The translations under genes and the position numbers were made by a program. From Bacteroidales bacterium (GTDB lineage Bacteria; Bacteroidota; Bacteroidia; Bacteroidales; 4484-276), in the NCBI GenBank assembly GCA_035647615.1, contig DASRND010000003.1:195135-259134 (forward strand): DNA of 64,000 bases, read 5' to 3'. The notes under the pieces are model-generated. The model was not told the DNA's origin. It saw only the letters and a list, made by a program, of their open reading frames with translations, and searched no databases. This document shows positions 1-8,263 of the stretch, piece by piece (the stretch's first letter is position 1; each line of letters opens with the position of its first letter).

Positions 1-393
1 GGCGTGAGCGCTTTTATGATTTGCGTAAATGAACTCACGGAGCTAAAATGCAACAAACGCATTGTGCTCGAAGATCTGGTGAAACTCGTTGCACCCTATG
101 CGCCGCATATTGCCGAAGAGCTGTGGAATCAGCTTGGACATACTGCCAGCGTAGTTCACGCGCCATTTCCCCAATTCGACGAGGCGATGCTTCACGAAGA
201 TACTTTCGAATATCCTGTGAGCATCAATGGTAAGCTGCGTTTCAAACTGCGTCTGCCGGTTGACATTTCCAAAGATGAAGCTGGTGAGCTTGCGCTGAAG
301 GATGAAGTTGCCAAAAAGTGGGTGGAAGGTAAGCAGGTGCGCAAGATCATTGTGGTGCCGCGCAAGATCATCAATATTGTGGTGAGCCCCTGA
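1..393 (+). CDS. leuS: leucyl-tRNA synthetase, C-terminal fragment (5' end outside window)
   Basis: The frame is open to the window edge. The tail reads VAPYAPHIAEELWNQLGH, then YPVSINGKLRFKLRLP and KIINIVV, as I recall for the bacterial LeuRS C-terminal domain. Confidence 0.85.
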   Translation, partial: GVSAFMICVNELTELKCNKRIVLEDLVKLVAPYAPHIAEELWNQLGHTASVVHAPFPQFDEAMLHEDTFEYPVSINGKLRFKLRLPVDISKDEAGELALKDEVAKKWVEGKQVRKIIVVPRKIINIVVSP

Positions 394-455
394 GTTGCAA
401 TTTTCGCAAACGAATTAAGTTAATAAAGGGCATAATTTCTGCTGAGATATCAATT

Positions 456-1262
456 ATGAAAAATATTGGAAAAATTGCCCTTATCCTCTTCTCAATTTTG
501 AGTGTCGCGGTAGCTTCGGCTCAGGGATACCCATACCGCGAAATCGAAAATAACGCCTGGCAATCGGGGGAGAAATTAAAATACAAAGTCTACTACGAAT
601 CGTTGCTTACCGGAAAGGTAAATGCCGGCACCGCTACCCTGGAGGTAAAAAACAGCAACCGTAGTTTCTATGGCCGCGATGTATACCATATTGTTGGCCT
701 TGGAAAATCCAACCGTGCTTTCGACTTTTTTTTTAAGGTTCGTGACCGGTTTGAATCTTATGTGGACAAGCAGGGGATTTTCCCGCATCTCTTTATCCGT
801 CGCACACTCGAAGGCAACTATAGGAAAGAAGATGATGTGATTTTTGATCACAAAAACCTGAAAGCTACCAGCCGCGATACCACCAAGAAAATCAGCCGTT
901 ACATTCAGGACATCGTTTCGGCATCATATTATGCACGCACCCTTAGTGCCGATACTTTAAAGGAAGGCGACAACATCTCTGTTAATTTTTTCCTCGACGA
1001 CTCGGCGTACGTATCCGTCATTCAGTTTCAGGGACGCCAGATTGTGGAGACGGAGCTGGGAAAGTTTCGATGCCTTGCCTTTAAGCCTATGGTGGTCACC
1101 GGCGAGGTATTCGGCAATCCATACCCGATGACCCTTTGGATTACCGACGACGAAAACAAACTCCCCGTACTCATCAAATCAGCGGTAATTGTGGGTAGTG
1201 TGAAAATAGAATTGATAAAATATTCCAACCTGCGAAATCCTATCGAAGCGAAGCTGGATTGA
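456..1262 (+). CDS. DUF3108-like secreted protein
   Basis: ATG start and a signal peptide (ILFSILSVAVASAQ). The blocks GEKLKYKVYY..GTATLEV and FKVRDRFESYVD..FIRRTLEGNYRKED match my memory of DUF3108. Confidence 0.65.
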   Translation: MKNIGKIALILFSILSVAVASAQGYPYREIENNAWQSGEKLKYKVYYESLLTGKVNAGTATLEVKNSNRSFYGRDVYHIVGLGKSNRAFDFFFKVRDRFESYVDKQGIFPHLFIRRTLEGNYRKEDDVIFDHKNLKATSRDTTKKISRYIQDIVSASYYARTLSADTLKEGDNISVNFFLDDSAYVSVIQFQGRQIVETELGKFRCLAFKPMVVTGEVFGNPYPMTLWITDDENKLPVLIKSAVIVGSVKIELIKYSNLRNPIEAKLD

Positions 1263-1411
1263 CAACGCATGGCGCGGGGCGCAGGGCGCAAAGAGCAGGA
1301 GGAGGATAATCCAACGTGCGTCCGAAGGTAACGATTGACGAATTGGATTGATTTGTCAGAATGTGATTCTACACCCTTCTTTTTGTATTTTTGCCTAAAA
1401 TATTTCTAATT

Positions 1412-2125
1412 ATGATAAAGCTAAGCGTCAACATCAACAAAATCGCTACTTTGCGCAATGCCCGTGGTGGCAACATTCCCGATGTCATCAAAGCGGCCAT
1501 CGACTGTGAACGATTTGGCGCGCAGGGCATCACGGTGCACCCACGCCCCGACGAGCGGCACATCCGTTACCAGGATGTCCGCGATCTGAAGCCGTTGCTC
1601 ACCACCGAGTTCAATATCGAAGGCTATCCATCACGGGTCTTTATCGATCTTGTGCTGGAAGCTGCTCCGGCGCAGGTAACGCTGGTGCCCGATCCGCCGG
1701 ATGCCATTACCAGCAACGCCGGCTGGGACACCATTAAAAACCAAAGCTTTCTTACGGAGGTTGTTGCCGAATTTAAACGCAACGGGATTCGCACTTCGTT
1801 ATTTGTCGAAACGGATCCAAGCATAATCGAAAATGCGAAGAAAACCGGTGCCGATCGTGTGGAGTTATACACCGAGCAATATGCCACCGACTTTCCCAAA
1901 AACGCCGAAGCTGCCGTGCGACCTTTTGTTGAAGCGGCAAGGGTAGCTGCTGCAAATAGCCTGGGATTGAATGCCGGCCACGATCTGAGCCTCGACAATC
2001 TGCGTTACTTTGCCCACAGCGTGCCCGGCCTGCTCGAAGTTTCCATTGGCCATGCCCTTATTTCCGATGCGCTTTATCTGGGATTGGAAAACACCATCCA
2101 GCTTTATCTGCGGCAGTTGCGGTAG
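1412..2125 (+). CDS. pdxJ: pyridoxine 5'-phosphate synthase
   Basis: [37 protein letters not shown] and the C-terminal EVSIGHALI are classic PdxJ blocks. I prefer the ATG at 1412 over the upstream TTG at 1391. Confidence 0.9.
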   Translation: MIKLSVNINKIATLRNARGGNIPDVIKAAIDCERFGAQGITVHPRPDERHIRYQDVRDLKPLLTTEFNIEGYPSRVFIDLVLEAAPAQVTLVPDPPDAITSNAGWDTIKNQSFLTEVVAEFKRNGIRTSLFVETDPSIIENAKKTGADRVELYTEQYATDFPKNAEAAVRPFVEAARVAAANSLGLNAGHDLSLDNLRYFAHSVPGLLEVSIGHALISDALYLGLENTIQLYLRQLR

Positions 2126-2224
2126 AAGCAGGCAATTTGGTTATGAATCTTTTATGATGATTTTTTAAGAACTATACTGTTGAAAAAACCGTTAATCCTA
2201 AACAGTTAATTAAAGGAGATTGAT

Positions 2225-2443
2225 ATGAAAACGTTAACACTACAAATACCAGAAACAGTTGATGAGAATAAATTCAAGATGCACCTTGCTGCTTTTCTTT
2301 TTGAAAAAGGTATTTTATCATCAGGGCAGGCCGCTAAAGTTGCTGGCATTTCAAAAAGAGAATTTATCGAAACAATTGGTCAATACGGCGTATCAGTATT
2401 TGGAGAAACCATTGAGGATTTAGAAAAGATTGTTGATGAGTAG
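2225..2443 (+). CDS. UPF0175-family antitoxin-like protein
   Basis: A 72-aa ORF with a helix-turn-helix-like segment (LSSGQAAKVAGISKREFIETIGQYGVSVF) typical of UPF0175. Its stop overlaps the downstream PIN-like gene by 8 nt (ATGAGTAG). Confidence 0.6.
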   Translation: MKTLTLQIPETVDENKFKMHLAAFLFEKGILSSGQAAKVAGISKREFIETIGQYGVSVFGETIEDLEKIVDE

Positions 2444-2894
2444 AATTATTATTTCAGATACAAGCTGTTTAATTGCATTGGCAAAGATTGGTGAACTTGA
2501 TCTTTTAAAGGATTTATTTCATGAGATTATTATTACAAAAAGTGTTGACGAGGAATATGGAGAGCCGCTGCCTGATTGGATTTTAATAACTGATGTTAAG
2601 AATAGAAGTAAACAAATTGAGTTGGAGAAACGCCTTGATCGTGGAGAAGCCAGTTCTATTGCTTTAGCTCTTGAGATAGAAAATTCAACCTTGATAATTG
2701 ACGAAATAAAAGGTAGAAAGATTGCAGAAGCATTACAGATTGACATAATTGGAACCATTGGTATCATACTGCTTGCAAATAAGCGAGGCTTGATATCAAA
2801 TCCATTAGACTTGATTCATTTGCTGGTTAAAAATGGATTTAGAGTGTCGGATAAATTACTTAAAATGATACTCGAAAGATATGGTTCACGTTAA
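2436..2894 (+). CDS. DUF3368 / PIN-like toxin candidate
   Basis: It starts IIISDTSCLIALAKIGELDLL (beta strand followed by Asp, then helix). It continues with RLDRGEASSIALA and LIIDEIKGRKIA, the layout of DUF3368 PIN-like proteins that pair with UPF0175. Confidence 0.6.
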   Translation: MSRIIISDTSCLIALAKIGELDLLKDLFHEIIITKSVDEEYGEPLPDWILITDVKNRSKQIELEKRLDRGEASSIALALEIENSTLIIDEIKGRKIAEALQIDIIGTIGIILLANKRGLISNPLDLIHLLVKNGFRVSDKLLKMILERYGSR

Positions 2895-3119
2895 CAGCTC
2901 TCAACAGTCAACGAAATTCAGTGAAATGAAAAGCTTGTTTTCTGAAGGCTTTATTAATTTTGTAATGAGATTAATCTATGGAACAAATGAGGAATTCTGT
3001 TATGATCGAAACTTAGACGTGTAAGCGGAAGTTTTTTACCGGCTAAAACAGAAATAAACGGAATACTCACTATACACAAACGTTATGCCTCACCTTAAGA
3101 AACCAAAAAATAAATAGAG

Positions 3120-5330
3120 ATGCAAGTAGATAAAATAGCATTCGAATATGCAATCAGTAAAATTGATGACGGGAATATCTTTGAGATTTTCGGTAATGAT
3201 TTTCTATCGGCAGTATTAGGTTATTCATTTATACCTGTTGGTAGGGCTAAGGATAAAGGCGTTGACGGATTTCAGCACATATTTTCAAGGGGTGATAGCC
3301 AAAAACACATATTTCAATTATCAACCGAATTGGATCACACAAGTAAAATTTACAACACAATCAAAAAGCTTCAAAAAAATGAAATTGAGTTTGATAGAAT
3401 TGTTTATGTAACTAACAGAAAAATAAACAACGCTGAGAGTTTAATAGATGAAATCTTTGACAAGATAAAAATCCCACTAACTATTTATGACATTCGTTGG
3501 TTTTCTGCTCACAGCAACCAAAGTGAACAAACTATCAAGGCCTATCAAATTTTTGTTGACACTTATCTTCATGAGTACTTCAAACCCGGAAAACACCAAA
3601 CAGTTGCTGATTTAGATTCTGATTCTCGTTTGTTTGTTTTTTTAGGTCAACAATTTGATAGCAATAGAGATGATTTAAAACTAGATGACTTACTCGCTGA
3701 AACTTTAATATTATACGCTTTAGAAGGGACAGACCCCGACAAGCATAACTTAAAATCAGAAGTGCAGATTAAGGAATCAATTAAGAAATATTTAAAGTTT
3801 GACCCACAACTCATAGACAGTAAAATCTCAGAAAGACTGATTGCTTTAACTGTAAAACCAAGAAAAATAAAATTCCATACTAAAGAAAAGGGTTATTGTT
3901 TGCCATATGAAACAAGATTAGAAATAGGTGAAAGAAATCTAAAAGATGAAGTCTTATTCAACGTCTTTTACACTCAGACGCAAGAGACGATTAAAAAATA
4001 TTTTTCAGATGTTGAAGTTCAAGTCAAAGACGTAGAAGCCCTTATTACCAAGGTTTTTAATAAGATATTTCTAAGACAGGGTCTTGAATTTTCAAACTTT
4101 GTTCTGAAGGGTGATAGCCATTCAGTAATTGAACAGAATTTAAATGATGTTATTGGACTAGCAGTAGATGAAAGCAGCGTTATTCTTTCTAATAAAGAAA
4201 AAGTTAAAACCGCACTTCACCTTGCTATAAGAGACATTGTATATAACGGCACATCCGAACAGAGAAGATTCTTGAAGAGCCTATCTAATACTTATTTGAT
4301 GATGTTCCTACTTCAATGGGAACCAAAACTTTCAACATATTTTCAAACGCTTGCATCTCATTTAAAAGTATTCGTTGATAACTCTATTATTATCCCAGCT
4401 CTTTCAGAATACTACCTAGATGAAGGTAACAGGAGACATTGGAATCTACTAATGGGGGCAAAAAAAGCCGGTATTTCAATGTTTATAAATGAAACATTAT
4501 TGAGTGAACTAGTTTCCCATTTAAGAATGGTAAGTAGCATTTATTATAATATGTTTTACCGTATGGAAGACTTCTACCTTAATGACGAGTTTGAACTGCT
4601 TTTTATTAACGAAATTTTAATCAGGGCTTATTTCTATGCGAAGAAAAAAGGGCAGATAAAAGATTTTGATAAATTCATTGACACTTTTGTGGATTCGCAA
4701 CTCAAAACTGCTAAGGATGAATTAATCGTTTATTTAAAAGAGATTTTTGGAATAACTTTTATTTCAAATGAAATGTGGGACATAAAAGTAAATGAAGACG
4801 AAAAAGCCAAGTTGACTGAAGAGTTGAGTTATAAGAAAGACTATGATATTAAAGCCGAAAATGATGCAGAAATGATTTTGGCAATATATTACTTGCGCAA
4901 TCGAAATGGCGAATCTTGTGATAGTGGAATCTTTGGTTATAAAACTTGGTGGCTTTCCAAAGATACATCAACATACAAAGCTGTTATTAAATGTTTTGGT
5001 CCAGACAAATATCCTGTTAGTTGTTACATAAGACCCGATTTCATTTACAACTATATAGCCTTAAAACCTACAACAGAAGAAGTCAATAATGCATACAATG
5101 AAATTTTCCCTACAATGTTGGGCGTAAATCTTAGCTATCATATGCCTAAAGAAGTTTCACAGGCAGTTCAAGAAAAAATCAAAGAATATCATTCTAAACC
5201 AGCTGTAAGAGTAAAACAAACCTTGAAAACTCTTTCTGACCGATTGAAATCCGATCCGACTTTAAAAAACAGAAATTCAGTAGAACACTTTTTGGATACA
5301 GAATTAAGCAAACTACAAGACGGAGAATAG
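3120..5330 (+). CDS. large orphan cytoplasmic protein; Mrr/AIPR-like N-terminus and possible PIN-like C-terminal half (function unknown)
   Basis: An uninterrupted 736-codon ORF that is strongly AT-rich, with no signal peptide or TM segment. The N-terminus reads FEIFGNDFLSAVLGYSFIPVGRAKDKGVDGF..IFQLST. The C-terminal acidic pattern is D420, E458, D582, D615. Confidence refers to it being a real CDS, not to its function. Confidence 0.85.
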   Translation: MQVDKIAFEYAISKIDDGNIFEIFGNDFLSAVLGYSFIPVGRAKDKGVDGFQHIFSRGDSQKHIFQLSTELDHTSKIYNTIKKLQKNEIEFDRIVYVTNRKINNAESLIDEIFDKIKIPLTIYDIRWFSAHSNQSEQTIKAYQIFVDTYLHEYFKPGKHQTVADLDSDSRLFVFLGQQFDSNRDDLKLDDLLAETLILYALEGTDPDKHNLKSEVQIKESIKKYLKFDPQLIDSKISERLIALTVKPRKIKFHTKEKGYCLPYETRLEIGERNLKDEVLFNVFYTQTQETIKKYFSDVEVQVKDVEALITKVFNKIFLRQGLEFSNFVLKGDSHSVIEQNLNDVIGLAVDESSVILSNKEKVKTALHLAIRDIVYNGTSEQRRFLKSLSNTYLMMFLLQWEPKLSTYFQTLASHLKVFVDNSIIIPALSEYYLDEGNRRHWNLLMGAKKAGISMFINETLLSELVSHLRMVSSIYYNMFYRMEDFYLNDEFELLFINEILIRAYFYAKKKGQIKDFDKFIDTFVDSQLKTAKDELIVYLKEIFGITFISNEMWDIKVNEDEKAKLTEELSYKKDYDIKAENDAEMILAIYYLRNRNGESCDSGIFGYKTWWLSKDTSTYKAVIKCFGPDKYPVSCYIRPDFIYNYIALKPTTEEVNNAYNEIFPTMLGVNLSYHMPKEVSQAVQEKIKEYHSKPAVRVKQTLKTLSDRLKSDPTLKNRNSVEHFLDTELSKLQDGE

Positions 5331-5425
5331 AAAGGCTAGGCATAGCTACCAACTGTTACCACACTTTCAGAAAAACACATTTGTTCTAAAATACTCCTTC
5401 TGTCAATTTGGATGTCCTTTGAAAC

Positions 5426-5734
5426 TCACTCCATCAGTAGCGTATCTTCTTCTTTATTAATCACTTCTCCAATCATGGCAGCATGAGGATAACCTTCCTG
5501 ATGTAATGCTTCTGGCGCAACATCCACCTTTTCCGGTGCCACGCACATCAACAGGCCGCCGGAAGTTTGTGCATCGAAAAACAACATTTCGTGGTTGTAA
5601 TCGATGGAAGCATTGAAGTGGCAATGGCTGCCGGCAAATTCCTTGTTGCGGAAAGCGGCGCCGGGAATTACACCCATTTCTATCAAATTCAGCACTTCAC
5701 CGAATACGGGTAATTTGTTGGTGTCGAAACGCAT
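5426..5734 (-). pseudogene. selD: selenide,water dikinase (SelD) C-terminal remnant
   Basis: LPVFGEVLNLIEMGVIPGAAFRNKEF..FDAQTSGGLLMCV..AMIGEV matches the last ~100 aa of SelD. The upstream in-frame sequence hits a stop at 5783-5785, exactly where the neighbouring T9SS gene ends, so the N-terminal two thirds is absent. Confidence 0.7.
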
Positions 5735-5782
5735 CGAAACTTTGGATGTCGCAGCAGGATTATTGATTATTGTTCGCTCATC

Positions 5783-7957
5783 TCACATTTTGATTATTCT
5801 TCCAATGGCAACGGTTTCTCCGCTGTTAATTTTTAAAAGATAAATACCTTTTTTCAATGAACCCATTTCTATGCAGTGATGGTTTTCAAAAGGAGAATGC
5901 AGGATCGAGCGATATACCACCTCACCGGTAAGGTTTATGAGTTCCACGGTTTGCAAGCCGGATTTACTTTCGATGTACAATTTATCACGCACTGGATTGG
6001 GAAATGCTTTAACATCCAAATTTTCTAGCTCAAATACGCTACTCACCACCGTAACCTGAACAGAGTCGCTGTGCGAACAAACACCATGATTCACCTGCAC
6101 CCAGATGTTCCATTCGCCAGGTCCCAATTCCCCACCGATAATCCGGATCGCATTGGATGTGTCGCCGGTTGACCAGAGGTAGTGTTCATAAATATCCGGC
6201 AGCGTCAGGGTAAGCGTATCGTGAAGTGCAATGGCCGTGTCGGCTCCCAGGTCGATTGTAAATCCCGGCTGGATGTCGATGGTTATGGTATCGTATTGCC
6301 AGCATCCGTAATCGTCAGCAGCCGAAAGTGTATAGGTGCCAGGCTCCGTAACGCTATACCAGCTTTTATCGGATAGCTCGTTATTCCAATAGTAATATGC
6401 ATATCCTTCCGGCCCATTCAAAATTGTGCTGTCGCAAACGGTTTCATCCGGGCCAAAGCTAAACTGCGCGGGTGGATGCCGTTGCATTTTCAGCAGCAAG
6501 CCGTCCGCTATCCATCCCATATAGGAATGAAGGGTGTCGTTTTCAAGTTTTAATGTACCCTCGAAATTTGCCGAAAACAGGATTTGTTTACAATTATCCA
6601 ACATGAAATTTTCAGGCTGCAGAGACCTTGAACTATAGGGAATATAAAAATTGCTAATCTCTCCTTGAGGCGAAATCTGTCCAAACGCTGTGCGGGGATA
6701 AGCATACACCATGGTAGTATCGAAAATTGTGACAGTACCTTGCATCCCACATGCGAAGTACAAGGTATCCTCGTAAGCGTCCAGAGAGAAATACACATAT
6801 CCATAAAAAGGAATGTACCACAACGACTCCCAATTTTCGTTAAACATAGTCAGGATAGTCTGTGGGTTATTTTCGTCATAGAAAAGCGTATCATTACCAA
6901 TAATCATGGTATCTCTCACAGCTGCTGAGAAATAGAATTGACCCTTTTCATCGATAACTAAATCTCTCATTATCATTTTCCATTCGAATATTTTCCCTGT
7001 ATGCGTGTAACCGGCTGAATCGAATGTAAGTACGAATGAACGGTCTTTAACAAATCCTTGTCCGGGATCGGGATGCATAATGGTGTCATTTGAAATAATG
7101 AGATTTGTTCTGGTTCTTCCATACACTACAAACCTGTCGCCATCTACCGAAATAAAATTTCTCTTATCCACATTAAGGTATCTATCGCTATCCATTGCTA
7201 CCGAATCATTCTTTTGATTATTTGTGTAAGAATCGCCGTAAAATGATTCCCTCCAAATGAGGTCTCCCGTGGTTTTGTCCATTTTGAGAATGGACGATAA
7301 AACCGTATTGGAAGAGATTACCGAATCCTGTCCAAAATATCGCACGGTATCGGTTTCGTAAGCCCACGATGTATGGGTGGTGTTTAGATAAAGATATCCG
7401 TCGTTGCCTACATACATTCCGGCGCACAAGTCATCGGTATTACCGGAAATGAGTTTGATGTATTCAATATTTAAATCAGAAGAAAGTTTGATTATTGCGA
7501 GATCCCGCCTGTGAAATACGAGCGGCCCGGTTTCTTCATCCCGAATTACACTATCCTGAATGCTCATCCAGTTAGCGAATGGACAGGCGAGATAGATATT
7601 ATTGTCGCGATCGGTTGTCATTGCCGGATCAATCCAATAGAAACTGGCCGAATCTGTAAACAGGTCAAGCGCAAACAAACAATTCCCATCGGGGTCGAAT
7701 TTGGCAATGGCTGCATTGTGCGCAATATTTCCGGCGGAAGGGTGCGCAAATAAGGTGTCGGGCAAGAAAATGGAATCCTGATAATTGACATTTACAAAAA
7801 CATTATTGTAAAAATCGGTGTGAAGAATTTCTGTCTCACTGCGATCCCCTTTTTGAGTAAAGGACACATTCCACAGAGGCTCGAAACTTTGGGCACAGAG
7901 GTTAACCTGGAAGCTAATCGTTAAAAGAAGCAAAGGTAAGATAAAATACTTTTTCAT
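5783..7957 (-). CDS. secreted protein with T9SS C-terminal sorting domain, function unknown
   Basis: Start taken at MKKYFILPLLLLTISFQVNLCAQ (signal peptide, ATG 7957) rather than the ORF-track start at 8080. The C-terminus FPNPVRDKLYIE..KKGIYLLKINSGE..RIIKM is a T9SS CTD. Confidence 0.75.
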   Translation of the reverse strand: MKKYFILPLLLLTISFQVNLCAQSFEPLWNVSFTQKGDRSETEILHTDFYNNVFVNVNYQDSIFLPDTLFAHPSAGNIAHNAAIAKFDPDGNCLFALDLFTDSASFYWIDPAMTTDRDNNIYLACPFANWMSIQDSVIRDEETGPLVFHRRDLAIIKLSSDLNIEYIKLISGNTDDLCAGMYVGNDGYLYLNTTHTSWAYETDTVRYFGQDSVISSNTVLSSILKMDKTTGDLIWRESFYGDSYTNNQKNDSVAMDSDRYLNVDKRNFISVDGDRFVVYGRTRTNLIISNDTIMHPDPGQGFVKDRSFVLTFDSAGYTHTGKIFEWKMIMRDLVIDEKGQFYFSAAVRDTMIIGNDTLFYDENNPQTILTMFNENWESLWYIPFYGYVYFSLDAYEDTLYFACGMQGTVTIFDTTMVYAYPRTAFGQISPQGEISNFYIPYSSRSLQPENFMLDNCKQILFSANFEGTLKLENDTLHSYMGWIADGLLLKMQRHPPAQFSFGPDETVCDSTILNGPEGYAYYYWNNELSDKSWYSVTEPGTYTLSAADDYGCWQYDTITIDIQPGFTIDLGADTAIALHDTLTLTLPDIYEHYLWSTGDTSNAIRIIGGELGPGEWNIWVQVNHGVCSHSDSVQVTVVSSVFELENLDVKAFPNPVRDKLYIESKSGLQTVELINLTGEVVYRSILHSPFENHHCIEMGSLKKGIYLLKINSGETVAIGRIIKM

Positions 7958-8263
7958 GATTTTGAAATTTTTGGGTTGACTATTCAAAATATTAATAATT
8001 AACTCATCCACAAAATACCCGGAAAACACTTCACCCGACTTGTCCAATAAATCATAAGCTACTGAAAACATGCTGCTCATGATTTTCTGTTTTTTATTTG
8101 GACACTACCAATACTTTCATTTCGCCACGGGAACTATAATACATCATAAACTATTTTAGGTGTTGTTCTGCGTATTGTAAAAAATAACAACGAGGCCATC
8201 ATGTAATAAATTGTTTGTAATTTCACCTCTCGTTTTTTAATCATTCATTAACACCAATGCTAT

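Noticed and set aside
5604-5843. A 79-aa plus-strand ORF bridging the selD remnant and the T9SS gene end.
   Set aside because: It is antisense to both the recognisable SelD-homologous sequence and the T9SS CTD, and it has no features.
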